From: a virus
Lineage: Duplodnaviria; Caudoviricetes
Length of the DNA: 64,000 bases
IMG/VR virus record: IMGVR_UViG_2811995091_000080
Span: 19,460 to 83,459 of that record
Direction: 5' to 3' (one strand)
The stretch's first letter is position 1. Each line of letters opens with the position of its first letter. Of the stretch, positions 43,645 to 53,822 are shown piece after piece. The translations under genes and the position numbers were made by a program. The notes beneath the pieces were generated by a model. The model was not told where the DNA came from. It worked only from the letters and a program-made list of their open reading frames with translations, and made no database searches.

Positions 43645-46539
43645 ATGGGAGCAATCGCGAACTTGGAAGCTACCCTGCGCTGGGACATTGAAGATTTCCA
43701 GCGCGGCACGACTGTTATTGAAGGCACCTTCAAGAATATCATCGGCCTTGCTGGCAAGGTTGGAGAGGCGGTCTCTAACGCGGGCCGCAAGATGACTCTG
43801 GGCATGACGCTGCCCCTAACCGGCCTAGGTGTGCTGTTCACGAAAACGGCGGCTGATGCTGCCGAGCTACAATCTGCGTTCGATTACACCTTTGGCGAAA
43901 TGTCGGCGGGGATGAATAGCTGGGCTGTAACTGCCGGTGACGCAATGGGCCGAGCCACACAAGAGATGCAGCAGGGCGCGCTCGCCTTTGGGCAGCTTTT
44001 CAAGGCGGCTGCGCCCACCGAAGCCGCAGCGGCCCGTATGTCGCAGCGGTTCACCGAGTTGGCGCAGGATGCTGCTAGCTTCTATAATACCGACTTCGAT
44101 ACGGCGATGGGTAAAATCCGGTCGGGCCTGACCGGTGAAAGCGAGCCGCTGCGCGATTTCGGCGTATTTCTGAATGAGTCGGCGGTGAAGGCAAAGGCCC
44201 TTGAACTTGGCCTGATAAGTGCTGGGCAGGAGGTCAACGAATACGGTAAAATTATGGCCCGTTCGGCCTTGATCGCTGAGGGGTTATCGGACGCACAAGG
44301 GGACATTGAGCGGACTTCTGACAGCCTTTCAAACAAGGTTCGCAAAATTAAAGGCGACCTCCATGAATTGGCTCTGGAAATCGGCACCATACTGGCCCCC
44401 TACGCGGAGGCCCTCGCGTCCACTGTGGAAAGACTGGTAGCAGGCTTCCGCTCGCTGCCGACATGGGTCAAGCAGGTCGCAGTTGGCTTCGCGGCATTTC
44501 TTGCCGTCATAGGCCCAGTGGTTGTCGTGCTCTCAACCTTGGCCACTTTGGTTCTGCCCCTTCTGCTTGTCCGGTTTCTAGCGATGCGTGGCGCGTTTGG
44601 TTTTTTGCTGGCGGGTATCACCGCCATCGTCAATCCTATTGGCGCGCTAGTCGTGGGGTTTGGCAAGCTTATAGGCGTTTCTGGGGCTTTTCGGTTAGTC
44701 GCCTTGGCGGCGGGGGCTGCAATGCGCGTCCTCTTGGGTCCACTCGGGCTTCTTCTCGCCGGGGTAGCTCTCCTTGCGGCAAGGGCGCAGACAAGTGCGG
44801 AGCGAACCGATGAGCTAAAAGAAAGCAATGCCGAACTGGCGGCAAAGCTTGAAGCTGCCGGGGTTGAGGTCACGGACTTCGGCAATCGCAGCTCTGACGC
44901 AGCCGGTGGCGTGGATGACCTCGCTGACTCTATGGACGGCGCGAATGAGGCGGGCAAACGCCTTATCCAGACCTTGGCCCGGGTCGCTGAAATCAAAGAG
45001 TTGCAGAAGGAATTGGACTGGATCGATCGGGCAAAGGAGCGGGCTGGCGGTATCGACATGGGCAACGGGTATGTCCAAGTTGAGAGCGGCGGGTTTCTTG
45101 GAGTCGGCGTTCGCAAGAAGGAGAGCTATCGCGTCTCTGACACACAGCGAGAGACCATCGGCAGCCTAGAGGCGCGCGAGAAACAGGTCGCGCTGCGGAT
45201 GCGCCTTCTCTCTGCCGCGATTGAAAACAATATAGACGCGGAAGGCGCGTCAGATGATCCGACGCGAGATTACGCGGAGCCAGACACGAAAGTCGATCGC
45301 GCCGGTCGGGGGCGGGTTTCTACGGGGCCAACCGAAGAGGAACTGTCGGCGCTACGTGAAGAAATCGACCTGGAGCAGAAGCTTTCCGTTGCACGCGCTA
45401 TGGGGGACGAGGAGGCGGTTCGCGCTTTAGAGGGGTTGCGTGATCTTCGCGAAAAGATTGCCGATTATGAACGCGCGGGCCTCAAGACTGCGGACGCTCG
45501 CATTGCCGCTGAGCGCGACATGGCCGAACTGGATCAAGCGCGCAAACGGGCGCTTGAAGAGTTCCTTTTCGAGCGGCAGGTGGAAACCGAATATCAGGTC
45601 GCCATCCTAAACAACGACTACGAACACCTGCGCTATCTGGACGATGAACTCGACCTTCAGCGCCGCATCAACGACCTGAACCGCGAGGGTTACGACCTTG
45701 TGACCGCCGAGAAGATCGCCCGCGATGAAATGCTGGCAATCGAGCAGGCAAGAGAGGCGGCAGCTTCGCGTAGGCTGGAAGACGAACAGCTTGCGCATGA
45801 ACTGGAATTGGCACGGCTGCGCGGCGATGACGACCGCAGCATTCGGATGCGCGAAGAAGAACTGCGCCGCCGTGATCGCGTCGATTACCTTATGGACCGC
45901 GGTGGAATGTCGCGCTCTGAAGCCGAAGAGCAGGCGTTGCGCGAAGCGGCTGACCGTTCGCAGGCCCACTTGCAGGGCACGTTCCGCGATGCGTTCCGCA
46001 ATGGCCTACAGGCTGCACTGGATGGCAACCTGAAGGACTTTTTCGAGGGCTGGATGCGGGAGCGCACGTTTAACGCGCTTTCCAAGGTCCTGGACAAGCT
46101 GGCTGACAACCTCGCGAACCTGATCTCGGGCAATTCGCAAGGTGGCGGGTTGTTCGGCGGCATCCTTGGCCTGTTCGGCAAGTCAGTGCCCGAACCTGCA
46201 ACGGGTTCCACTGGTGGCTGGAGTGTTCCGACTGGTGGCGGGCCAATGGGGTTGGCAACAGGCGGTAGCTTCAAGATTGCCGGCCACTCGGGCATCGACA
46301 GTAACCTCCTGTCACTCAACGGCAAGCCCGTTGCCCGCGTTACCTCTGGCGAGGTGGTGGACGTTCATCGTGGCGACCCCGGTGTGCGCGGCGGCAATAC
46401 CTATAACTTCAGCGGCAACCTTCTGACGCCGGAGTTCTGGGCGCGCATCAATGCGGGCGACGTTGCGGCTGCACAAGGCGGCGCGCAGATTTCGGCCCAG
46501 CAGTCACGGTTCGCAGCATCGCGGAGGCTTGGCCGATGA
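43645..46539 (+). CDS. Tape measure protein, copy B (964 aa)
   Basis: ATG 43645 after AGGGAG; long helical protein with hydrophobic central region; last 49 aa shared with TMP A. Confidence 0.9.
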   Translation: MGAIANLEATLRWDIEDFQRGTTVIEGTFKNIIGLAGKVGEAVSNAGRKMTLGMTLPLTGLGVLFTKTAADAAELQSAFDYTFGEMSAGMNSWAVTAGDAMGRATQEMQQGALAFGQLFKAAAPTEAAAARMSQRFTELAQDAASFYNTDFDTAMGKIRSGLTGESEPLRDFGVFLNESAVKAKALELGLISAGQEVNEYGKIMARSALIAEGLSDAQGDIERTSDSLSNKVRKIKGDLHELALEIGTILAPYAEALASTVERLVAGFRSLPTWVKQVAVGFAAFLAVIGPVVVVLSTLATLVLPLLLVRFLAMRGAFGFLLAGITAIVNPIGALVVGFGKLIGVSGAFRLVALAAGAAMRVLLGPLGLLLAGVALLAARAQTSAERTDELKESNAELAAKLEAAGVEVTDFGNRSSDAAGGVDDLADSMDGANEAGKRLIQTLARVAEIKELQKELDWIDRAKERAGGIDMGNGYVQVESGGFLGVGVRKKESYRVSDTQRETIGSLEAREKQVALRMRLLSAAIENNIDAEGASDDPTRDYAEPDTKVDRAGRGRVSTGPTEEELSALREEIDLEQKLSVARAMGDEEAVRALEGLRDLREKIADYERAGLKTADARIAAERDMAELDQARKRALEEFLFERQVETEYQVAILNNDYEHLRYLDDELDLQRRINDLNREGYDLVTAEKIARDEMLAIEQAREAAASRRLEDEQLAHELELARLRGDDDRSIRMREEELRRRDRVDYLMDRGGMSRSEAEEQALREAADRSQAHLQGTFRDAFRNGLQAALDGNLKDFFEGWMRERTFNALSKVLDKLADNLANLISGNSQGGGLFGGILGLFGKSVPEPATGSTGGWSVPTGGGPMGLATGGSFKIAGHSGIDSNLLSLNGKPVARVTSGEVVDVHRGDPGVRGGNTYNFSGNLLTPEFWARINAGDVAAAQGGAQISAQQSRFAASRRLGR

Positions 46540-47105
46540 TCGAACTGCCCGTAGGCGTAGTGCCGAGCGAAATGGAAGTGCTGTCGCTCGATCAGGGCAG
46601 CGTGGTGCGCGGTGCATCGTCGCTGCGTATTGACCGCCCCGGCACCCGCTATGCAATCGGCTTCACGTTCCCGCCTAGCGCCAAGGCCAAGGTCGCCCGT
46701 ATCGTGCGCGCCAAGCGGGAGGGCATTCGTGTCCACCTGCCGCTGAAGGTGCCGCAGGGATCGCCGGGAACGCCTGTGGTCGATGGCGCGGGCCAGTCGG
46801 GCACCTCGCTTGACGTTCGCGGCTTCACGCCGGGGTATTTCGCCAAGGAGGACTACTGGCTGACCATCGTGGACGCAAGCGGCAACGGCTATCTGCACCA
46901 AGTTGTCGAGACGGTGGGTGCGGATGGCAGCGGTGAGGCAACCCTGAGCATCGAGCCGCCCCTACGCGCCCCGTTCGCTGACGGCGCGACTATCGAGTTC
47001 GCCAAGCCCTACATAGAGGGTTTTATCGACGGCGAAGACTGGGGCTGGAACACGCCGACTAACTGGCTGGTGTCGGTTGGTTTCGTGGTGGAGGAATACG
47101 AGTGA
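46536..47105 (+). CDS. Distal tail (Dit-like) protein, copy B
   Basis: Orthologue of 2967..3536. Confidence 0.7.
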   Translation: MIELPVGVVPSEMEVLSLDQGSVVRGASSLRIDRPGTRYAIGFTFPPSAKAKVARIVRAKREGIRVHLPLKVPQGSPGTPVVDGAGQSGTSLDVRGFTPGYFAKEDYWLTIVDASGNGYLHQVVETVGADGSGEATLSIEPPLRAPFADGATIEFAKPYIEGFIDGEDWGWNTPTNWLVSVGFVVEEYE

Positions 47106-47344
47106 TGACTAAGCCTATCTACTACATTGCATTTGCGCTTATCTGGCTCGGCCTAGGTGTCTGGAATTTTATTGAGGGTCAGTCTGTCGCGGGTTTCGTG
47201 TGCTTGGCGGTTAGCAACGTTAAAATCGTCGGCTGCGGCATCATTATGAAGCTGAACGAGCGGCCCATGCAGCCGACTGTCAACATCGACGCCCTGCGGT
47301 GCGGTTCGGATATGGCATATAGGCAGGGTCGCCGCCTGTCTTAA
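47102..47344 (+). CDS. B-specific small membrane protein
   Basis: Two hydrophobic segments; absent in A. Confidence 0.5.
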   Translation: MMTKPIYYIAFALIWLGLGVWNFIEGQSVAGFVCLAVSNVKIVGCGIIMKLNERPMQPTVNIDALRCGSDMAYRQGRRLS

Positions 47345-47359
47345 TCGACCCCCAGTTTT

Positions 47360-47623
47360 TCATACCACCCCCTCATCGTCTTTCGCTGGCGGGCTTTCTG
47401 GCCCCCAAAGGATAGGCACCGAAAGCGCCTTTAAGCTGGACTCCGGGACGTTCACTTCTCCGGGCCACACGCGCTGATGAAATGGGACATCATCTTTTAG
47501 GTTCATTGTGCGATTGGGCATTTCTTGGAGCAACCGGGCCATGCGGCGCATCGCGCGCCGAGTGGGAAGCCTGCGGAAGAACTTGGGAAAGACCCGAGCA
47601 AGTAAATTGTTAAGCCAAATCAT
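47360..47623 (-). CDS. B-specific antisense hypothetical protein
   Basis: 87-aa ORF with AT-rich upstream region. Confidence 0.45.
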   Translation of the reverse strand: MIWLNNLLARVFPKFFRRLPTRRAMRRMARLLQEMPNRTMNLKDDVPFHQRVWPGEVNVPESSLKALSVPILWGPESPPAKDDEGVV

Positions 47624-47725
47624 CGGTTTCGACCATCATGTTGCGGTGAAATAACTACACCAATTCTATAGCACAGCTTCCCGCTCTGCGAAAGCATCGG
47701 GCTTAAACTGGCGACGGCTAGTTAT

Positions 47726-47753
47726 GGGCGGTTCCTCCGGGAGCCGCCCTTTT
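47726..47753 (+). terminator. Intrinsic terminator inside tail operon B
   Basis: 10-bp stem GGGCGGTTCC/GGAGCCGCCC, loop TCCG, then TTTT. Confidence 0.75.
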
Positions 47754-47770
47754 CATTTGGAGGGGCAATA

Positions 47771-48388
47771 ATGGCAAGAGTAGCCCTAACCGGCCTCCTA
47801 ACAATCGAATTGCCCGAAGCGACCCTGCGCTTCACTGATGGCGGGTTCATCGAATACGGCGGCGAAACCTACCGCGCCAAGGACGACACGTTCGGCACCA
47901 TCCAATCGGTGCAGCCGTTGTCCGAAGGCGTAGGCGATAGCGTCCCCGCCCTGTCGATCACCCTCCTGCCGCCTGACACTAGCGCGGTGGCCGAACTGGC
48001 AAAGCCGGGGCATCAAACCGCACAGGTGCAATTCGTGCTGGCGGAATACGATGTGGACGCGGGCACGATCAATTCGGCGGATGTGCTGTTTACCGGACAG
48101 ATCGACCAAAGCGTCCTGACGGTTGGCAAGGGCAAGCGCGAACTGTCAATGTCGGTGGTTAGCCTCGCTGAGCGGCTTTTTGAGGGCAACACCGGAAACT
48201 CGCTCAATCCTACGTTTCACAAATCGGTGTGGCCTGGAGAGACGGGCCACGACAACGCAACGGGGCTAGCTGTTCCGGTCGCATGGGGCGTCGAGCGCCC
48301 TAGCGGTGGCGGAAGCACCTACGGCGGCGGCGGTGGGCCTGCCGGTCGCGGGAATGTCTTCGGCGGCCCGAGATACGATTACCTCTGA
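47771..48388 (+). CDS. Tail tip / minor tail protein, copy B
   Basis: Orthologue of 3533..4147. Confidence 0.65.
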   Translation: MARVALTGLLTIELPEATLRFTDGGFIEYGGETYRAKDDTFGTIQSVQPLSEGVGDSVPALSITLLPPDTSAVAELAKPGHQTAQVQFVLAEYDVDAGTINSADVLFTGQIDQSVLTVGKGKRELSMSVVSLAERLFEGNTGNSLNPTFHKSVWPGETGHDNATGLAVPVAWGVERPSGGGSTYGGGGGPAGRGNVFGGPRYDYL

Positions 48389-48389
48389 T

Positions 48390-48815
48390 ATGAAAAAGCT
48401 ACCGGAACTTGAGCGCCGCAGGATTGCGACGGAGAAGACCCTTGCCCGCTATCGGGACAAGGAGTTCGACTGGTCCAAGGGCATCACTTGTGTTCACTTG
48501 GCGCGCTTTCACCTGCGCAACATGGGGCACAAGGTCGAGACGTTGCCGCGCTTCCGTAGCGCGCTGGGTGCCAAGCGTGCGCTTAGCGCGAAGGGCTACG
48601 GCAGTCTTGGGCGGCTGATGGACAAGAAGCTGGCCCCGATTGCGCCCGCGCAGATGATGCTTGGGGATCTCGCAATGGTCCCCGGTGAGCAGGGCTTGGA
48701 CGCGCTGTTCGTCTGCGCTGGTCCGCTGAAGCTGTTTGGCTGGCGCGAGGACCACCCGAAACTCGTCATCCTTGATGTGGCGCTCGACGAACTCACTGCG
48801 AGCTGGAGAGTGTAA
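48390..48815 (+). CDS. NlpC/P60-like tail assembly protein, copy B
   Basis: Orthologue of 4149..4574. Confidence 0.6.
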   Translation: MKKLPELERRRIATEKTLARYRDKEFDWSKGITCVHLARFHLRNMGHKVETLPRFRSALGAKRALSAKGYGSLGRLMDKKLAPIAPAQMMLGDLAMVPGEQGLDALFVCAGPLKLFGWREDHPKLVILDVALDELTASWRV

Positions 48816-48816
48816 T

Positions 48817-50766
48817 TTGGCCAAAGCCATAAAAGCTGTGGGCACGGTGGTCGGCACCATCGCGACCATTGCGTCATTCATTCCCGGCCCGCACCAGCCT
48901 TTCGCAATGGCGGCCTCGCGTATCGCAGCGGTCGCGGTAACGGCGGCTTCGGTTGTCGAGCAAATCACTACGCGGCCACCGCCAGCGCGTGGCAGCGTCA
49001 CACAAATTACAATCGACCCTAACGCTCCCCAGCCCTACGTCATGGGCGAAGGCTATTTCGCAGGCGTCCTGCGGCATGACACTGGCTATGGCCCGACGCT
49101 CAAGAAGGTGCCCAACCCCTACCGCTTCATGCCGGTGGTCTATTCGGGCGGCGGGCCGGTTGAGAGTATATCACCTCGCACCGACTTCGCGGCGGTTTCG
49201 TCATGGTATAGTGGCTTCCTCTACACCGATACCCAACTGGGAGCGTGCCCCGAGGCGGATGCGCTATCGCCGCAGTGGTCGGGTGCGCCGGGGTGGAGTT
49301 CGTCATCCAAGCTATCCGGCCAAGCCGCAATCGGGTGGTCGCTCAAGTTCGACAAGGACGGCAAGCGGTTTGCTGGCGGTCTGCCGGTCATGGGTGCTTA
49401 TGGCCAATGGGTAAAGGTCTACGATCCGCGCAAGGACAGCACCTTCCCCGGCGGTTCCGGTTCGCACCGCATCGGTGATGAAACCACCTACGAATACAGC
49501 GCCAACCCTGCCCTGCACGCGGGCACGTATGCCTATGGCCGCTACCAGAACGGCAAGCGCACGATGGGTATGGGGCTGGCTGCTGATGCAATCGACTGGG
49601 CCGTTATCGCGGCGTGGGCGAATGTCTGCGAAGCGAACGGTTGGGAGAACTTCTTTGGCGTCGTTTACGAGCCGGGGGAACGCTGGGCAAACCTGAAGGA
49701 TATTTGCTTTGCAGGCGGGGCCGATCCGGTTGCCCTTGGGCAGCTAACCTTCCGCTACCGCGCGCCCACTGTTGCGCTGGACACGATCACTGAAGCGGAC
49801 CTTACGGACGACGATCAGAGCGTCATGGCGATGCAGTCCTTCCGCGACCGCATCAACACCGGGATTCCTAAGTATCGCAGCCCTGCCCATAACTGGGAAA
49901 TGGTCGATGCGGAGCCGGTGGTTAACTCCACCTTCCTGACCGAAGACGGCGAGGAAAAGCGCGAAACGTGGCCCTGTAACTTCGTCACCGACGAGGACCA
50001 GGCATCGCAACTTGTGGCCTATCACATCTGGGATAGCCGCGAACTGGCCCCCATCACGCTGGTGTGCAAGCCCCGTATGCGGTCCTACCGCCCCGGCGAA
50101 TGTCTGCATCTTGACCTGCCCGAGCTTGGGCTGGATACCAAGGCCATCCTCCTGCGCCGCGAACTCGATCCGGCGACCATGAAGGTCAAGCTGGAACTGA
50201 TGGGCGAAACAAGCGCCAAGCACGCCTACTGCTTGGGCCTGACTGGCACCGCGCCGCCTACTCCTGCAATCGGGCAGACCGCGCAGGAAAAGGACGAACT
50301 CGCGTCCGCTGCAAGCGATCCCGCAGGCCTAGGCACGCTCAAGTTGTCGAGCAGCTACACGCGGGGCCTCGCTGGCAACATCACGCAGCTTCACGATGGC
50401 ACCGGGACCGGCACGGTAACGGTTACCATTCCCGATCACACCCGCGTTTATGCGGACGGCACCGAAGCGTCGGTTACCGGCGGCAATTTCACGCTGGACG
50501 AAACGACAAGCTATCTCCTGTCCTACGATGATCCCGACTTTGCGGGTGGTGAATTGGGCGTGGACTTCGCGCTGGTTGAAATCACACCCGGCACAGGTGG
50601 GCAGACGGGCGGCGATGCGTATTTCAGCGCGGCCAATCCAAGCCGCCATTACCTCGCTAGTATCAGCACGGTGAACGAGGCTGGCGAAGGCGGCGGCGCA
50701 GGTGGCTCTTCGCCCCCCGGCGGTGGTGGCTGGGACAATGACGATCCCGGCGGCGACATACCCTAA
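48817..50766 (+). CDS. Tail tip / baseplate hub, copy B
   Basis: Orthologue of 4576..6531. Confidence 0.75.
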   Translation: MAKAIKAVGTVVGTIATIASFIPGPHQPFAMAASRIAAVAVTAASVVEQITTRPPPARGSVTQITIDPNAPQPYVMGEGYFAGVLRHDTGYGPTLKKVPNPYRFMPVVYSGGGPVESISPRTDFAAVSSWYSGFLYTDTQLGACPEADALSPQWSGAPGWSSSSKLSGQAAIGWSLKFDKDGKRFAGGLPVMGAYGQWVKVYDPRKDSTFPGGSGSHRIGDETTYEYSANPALHAGTYAYGRYQNGKRTMGMGLAADAIDWAVIAAWANVCEANGWENFFGVVYEPGERWANLKDICFAGGADPVALGQLTFRYRAPTVALDTITEADLTDDDQSVMAMQSFRDRINTGIPKYRSPAHNWEMVDAEPVVNSTFLTEDGEEKRETWPCNFVTDEDQASQLVAYHIWDSRELAPITLVCKPRMRSYRPGECLHLDLPELGLDTKAILLRRELDPATMKVKLELMGETSAKHAYCLGLTGTAPPTPAIGQTAQEKDELASAASDPAGLGTLKLSSSYTRGLAGNITQLHDGTGTGTVTVTIPDHTRVYADGTEASVTGGNFTLDETTSYLLSYDDPDFAGGELGVDFALVEITPGTGGQTGGDAYFSAANPSRHYLASISTVNEAGEGGGAGGSSPPGGGGWDNDDPGGDIP

Positions 50767-50780
50767 GAAGGAAAACACGA

Positions 50781-51179
50781 ATGACCCAGCATGGTGACTG
50801 GCTGCGCTCGCTTGCGTCAGCCGGAAAGGGCGGCGTTGAGCTTCCCCCGATTGATCGGGGCTTGCCCTACGAGCTTATTCTGAACGTCCCGATTGACGTT
50901 AGCGGGGACGCCTTCAGCGCATCGCTACGCGTATCGCCTGACGCGGCGGGCAGCACCCTTGCCGACTTCACGGCTTCGGTCGGCTCTTGGGACGGCACCT
51001 ATACGCCGGTCACGCTGAGCCTGACCGATACGCAAGTGAATGCGCTTCCTTCCGATGACGACGCAGACGGGCAGGTCGAACTTGTCATGGATGTTCTGCG
51101 CGATCCGAGCGGCAGCGCCATCGAATACCGCTTCTTGGGCGGCAATATCTACGTGAACGGGAAGGTGACCGATGCCTAG
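50781..51179 (+). CDS. Conserved virion protein, copy B
   Basis: Orthologue of 6546..6944. Confidence 0.6.
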   Translation: MTQHGDWLRSLASAGKGGVELPPIDRGLPYELILNVPIDVSGDAFSASLRVSPDAAGSTLADFTASVGSWDGTYTPVTLSLTDTQVNALPSDDDADGQVELVMDVLRDPSGSAIEYRFLGGNIYVNGKVTDA

Positions 51180-52878
51180 CATTCAACTGGTTATGGACAC
51201 GAACGAGCGCGTCCTCGGGCTTGGCGACGATACTGCCGAGGCTGCGCGCCAGCGCGCGCTTGCGGAGGCGGCGGCGGCGGAGGCTGAAACCAACGCAGCC
51301 TTCGCCGAAGAGTTCAGCGGGCCTGCATACGCCACCCAAGCGGCGGGCGAGGCGGCGACGACTGAGGGGCAGTTCTTCCGCGTTCCCATTGGCACTACGC
51401 CGGAAACCTACACGCGCTATCAGCGGACTTCGGGAGGGTCCATCGAGGCGGCACCGCTGATCACTTCCGCCGAAGCGACCTCTGCAATCGGCTCAAATCG
51501 CGATCCGAACACCTACGCTACGCAATCGGTGGTGCTGGGCAATAATGCCGGGGCGGGCTTTGCCGCCAGCACTGAGGCGGGGCTGCAAAATACCAAGGGG
51601 CTGGTCGTTATTGGCGACGGCGCGGTCTCGGACGGCTCTTACAATCATGACTTTTCCATCTTCATCGGCAACGATAGCGGTCGGTATGCCACTGGCGGTT
51701 ATTGCACGGTCGCATTGGGGCTGCGCACGGGACAGGACCTGACCACAGGCCAATACAACACCTTCATTGGCACCGACGCTGGCAAGGACACGACCACCGG
51801 GGGCGACAACGTATTCGTCGGTGCAAAAAGCGGTCTGGTAAACACCAGCGGATATTCAAACACATGCCTAGGCACGTCCAGCGGGATCGCACTGACGACT
51901 GGTGCCGACAACGTTATGGTCGGAACGCAAGCAGGGCAAAGCATCACAGCCGGAACCCGCAACATCGCCTTGGGCACGCTCGCCCTCGGCGCGGCCACTA
52001 CGGCGAGCAATAATGTGGCAATCGGTTATTGGGCCTTGCGCCTTTCCACATCCGGCAGCAATGTCGCCATCGGCTCACAGGCAATGGGTGTCGCCACAAC
52101 GGCAACCCAGAACACTTGCATTGGCGATCAATCGGGTAGCGGACTCACTAGCGCCACGCGCAACGTCTCGGTTGGCTATCAGGCGCTATGGTCCGATCAA
52201 ACCGGCCAGAGCAGTGTCGCGGTCGGGTGGGGCGCGGGACGAAGCGCAACTGGCGGCTCCCTGACTGCCGTGGGCGATAGTGCGGGTTACGCCCTGACCA
52301 GCGGCACGTTCAACACGTTTGTCGGGCGTTCGTCCGGTGCGGGTGTGACCACCGGGGGGCAGAACACCGCGTTAGGCGATGGGGCATTCGGTGGGGCTGG
52401 CGGCGTCAACAACGGCACGGCTGTAGGGTTCCAGGCTCTCTCCGCTGCCACTGCAAGCAGCAATACCGGCGTTGGCTGGCGGGCTGGGTGGTCGGTCACC
52501 TCGGGCGGCGGCAACACCGCGCTGGGTGATAGCGCGGGTGACGCGGTGACTACGGGGGCGAACAACACTGCCATCGGTCATACGTCCGACAACGCGGCTA
52601 CGGGTTCCAACCAGACCGCGCTTGGCTTTGGTGCCACGACTACCAAGAGCAATCAGGTTGTTATCGGCAATTCGAGCGTCGAAGAAACAGTCATTCGTGG
52701 CATTACGAAAAGCACGGTTTATCTCGTCGCCAGTCTTCCCGCAGCCTCGACCGCAGGAGCCGGAGCGCGGGCTTTCGTGAGCGATGCTGATAGCGTCGGG
52801 GCCGGTAACACGGCAGTCGGGGGCGGTTCCTTTAACGTGCCTGTCTATTCCGATGGTTCGGTTTGGCGGATCGGCTGA
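51172..52878 (+). CDS. Tail fibre / receptor-binding protein with YadA-head-like (left-handed beta-roll) repeats, copy B
   Basis: Many ~14-aa 'N(T/V)A(L/V)G..A....T.G..' repeats; N-terminal anchor shared with 6937..9066. Confidence 0.75.
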   Translation: MPSIQLVMDTNERVLGLGDDTAEAARQRALAEAAAAEAETNAAFAEEFSGPAYATQAAGEAATTEGQFFRVPIGTTPETYTRYQRTSGGSIEAAPLITSAEATSAIGSNRDPNTYATQSVVLGNNAGAGFAASTEAGLQNTKGLVVIGDGAVSDGSYNHDFSIFIGNDSGRYATGGYCTVALGLRTGQDLTTGQYNTFIGTDAGKDTTTGGDNVFVGAKSGLVNTSGYSNTCLGTSSGIALTTGADNVMVGTQAGQSITAGTRNIALGTLALGAATTASNNVAIGYWALRLSTSGSNVAIGSQAMGVATTATQNTCIGDQSGSGLTSATRNVSVGYQALWSDQTGQSSVAVGWGAGRSATGGSLTAVGDSAGYALTSGTFNTFVGRSSGAGVTTGGQNTALGDGAFGGAGGVNNGTAVGFQALSAATASSNTGVGWRAGWSVTSGGGNTALGDSAGDAVTTGANNTAIGHTSDNAATGSNQTALGFGATTTKSNQVVIGNSSVEETVIRGITKSTVYLVASLPAASTAGAGARAFVSDADSVGAGNTAVGGGSFNVPVYSDGSVWRIG

Positions 52879-52973
52879 TGTCCACTCCCTTAAAGGCCCT
52901 GCTGGTGATGCTGCTGGCATGGCCGATAAGCGAGTGCGCGTTTGACTTTGTGCAGGGCAGGAGGCGTCGGTGA
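52878..52973 (+). CDS. 31-aa hydrophobic micro-protein (MSTPLKALLVMLLAWPISECAFDFVQGRRRR)
   Basis: ATG overlaps fibre stop (TGATG); orthologue of 9069..9164. Confidence 0.6.
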   Translation: MSTPLKALLVMLLAWPISECAFDFVQGRRRR

Positions 52974-53365
52974 TCGAGGGTGTCCTAACGGGCCTTCGCA
53001 TCGGCGCTTCCCTGCTTTGGGCATGGATAGCCGTGCGGGTGTTAATCGAAAGCTGGCACGTAACCGAGCAGTCGGTGTCTGTGCGCAAGCGGGCGTGGGC
53101 CTACTGGCGGCTGATGCTGCTGGTGATGGCCTTTGTGATTGTCGGGCTGTTCTCGCCTGAAAACATCCTGCGAGCCAACGGGTATATCACCGAGCAGACC
53201 GGCTTCTGGATGATGTCTGCCGGAGTGGTGGGCCTACATATATGTGCCTACCTGACCCTGATGGGGCTAGATATAGCGACCGGCAAGGGCAACCGCGCAT
53301 GGCCAGCCTACCCGCTGCTTTCAATCGTCTCTCTCATCTACGGCCTCACTAGGGGAGTTGTATGA
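52970..53365 (+). CDS. Membrane protein (about 4 TM)
   Basis: Hydrophobic segments; RBS AGGAGG. Confidence 0.55.
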   Translation: MIEGVLTGLRIGASLLWAWIAVRVLIESWHVTEQSVSVRKRAWAYWRLMLLVMAFVIVGLFSPENILRANGYITEQTGFWMMSAGVVGLHICAYLTLMGLDIATGKGNRAWPAYPLLSIVSLIYGLTRGVV

Positions 53366-53769
53366 AACCCCTTCTAGCGGGCCTCCACGAATACGGGGCT
53401 GTGATTTTCGGGCTGGTTGTCGGCACGGTGGCGCACTTCGGGCGGCTGCTGTCTGACGGGCAGATGCCGACTTGGACGCAGGCGCTGGGCTATTTCATGC
53501 AGCTTGGCATGATCGGGCTGGTGGCGGTTGTGGCTACCAAGATGCTGGGGCTTACCGATGCCGATACGCGGGCGCTTGCCACGGCGATACTTGCGATCTC
53601 GACGCAAGAGGTGGTGCGGTATCTGAAGGCGCGCGGTTGGCAGCACCTTGCCCGCTATGCCGCCCCCGGTGAAGCCGCCCAAGCAGAGCAAGAATTGCGG
53701 GCGTGGGAGCGCCAGTTGTCGAAGGGCGACCTGCAACGGCTACTCAAGAAGCTTGACGAGCAAGACTGA
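53362..53769 (+). CDS. Holin-like protein (about 3 TM, basic C-terminus)
   Basis: Class I holin-like topology. Confidence 0.55.
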   Translation: MKPLLAGLHEYGAVIFGLVVGTVAHFGRLLSDGQMPTWTQALGYFMQLGMIGLVAVVATKMLGLTDADTRALATAILAISTQEVVRYLKARGWQHLARYAAPGEAAQAEQELRAWERQLSKGDLQRLLKKLDEQD

Positions 53770-53822
53770 GTTTTCCCCGAACATTTACAGAACAACGTAG
53801 TCCGCGAAGGTGGGCCGCGCTA

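Noticed and set aside
33650-46539. Gene transfer agent interpretation of the structural cluster
   Set aside because: Linked to terS, HNH/cos, repressor, replication, integrase and att; size and content are those of a full temperate phage.
51500-52680. Repetitive region in fibre B as a possible array or DGR variable region
   Set aside because: Repeats are degenerate at DNA level and periodic only in protein; no reverse transcriptase, template repeat or invertase in the window.
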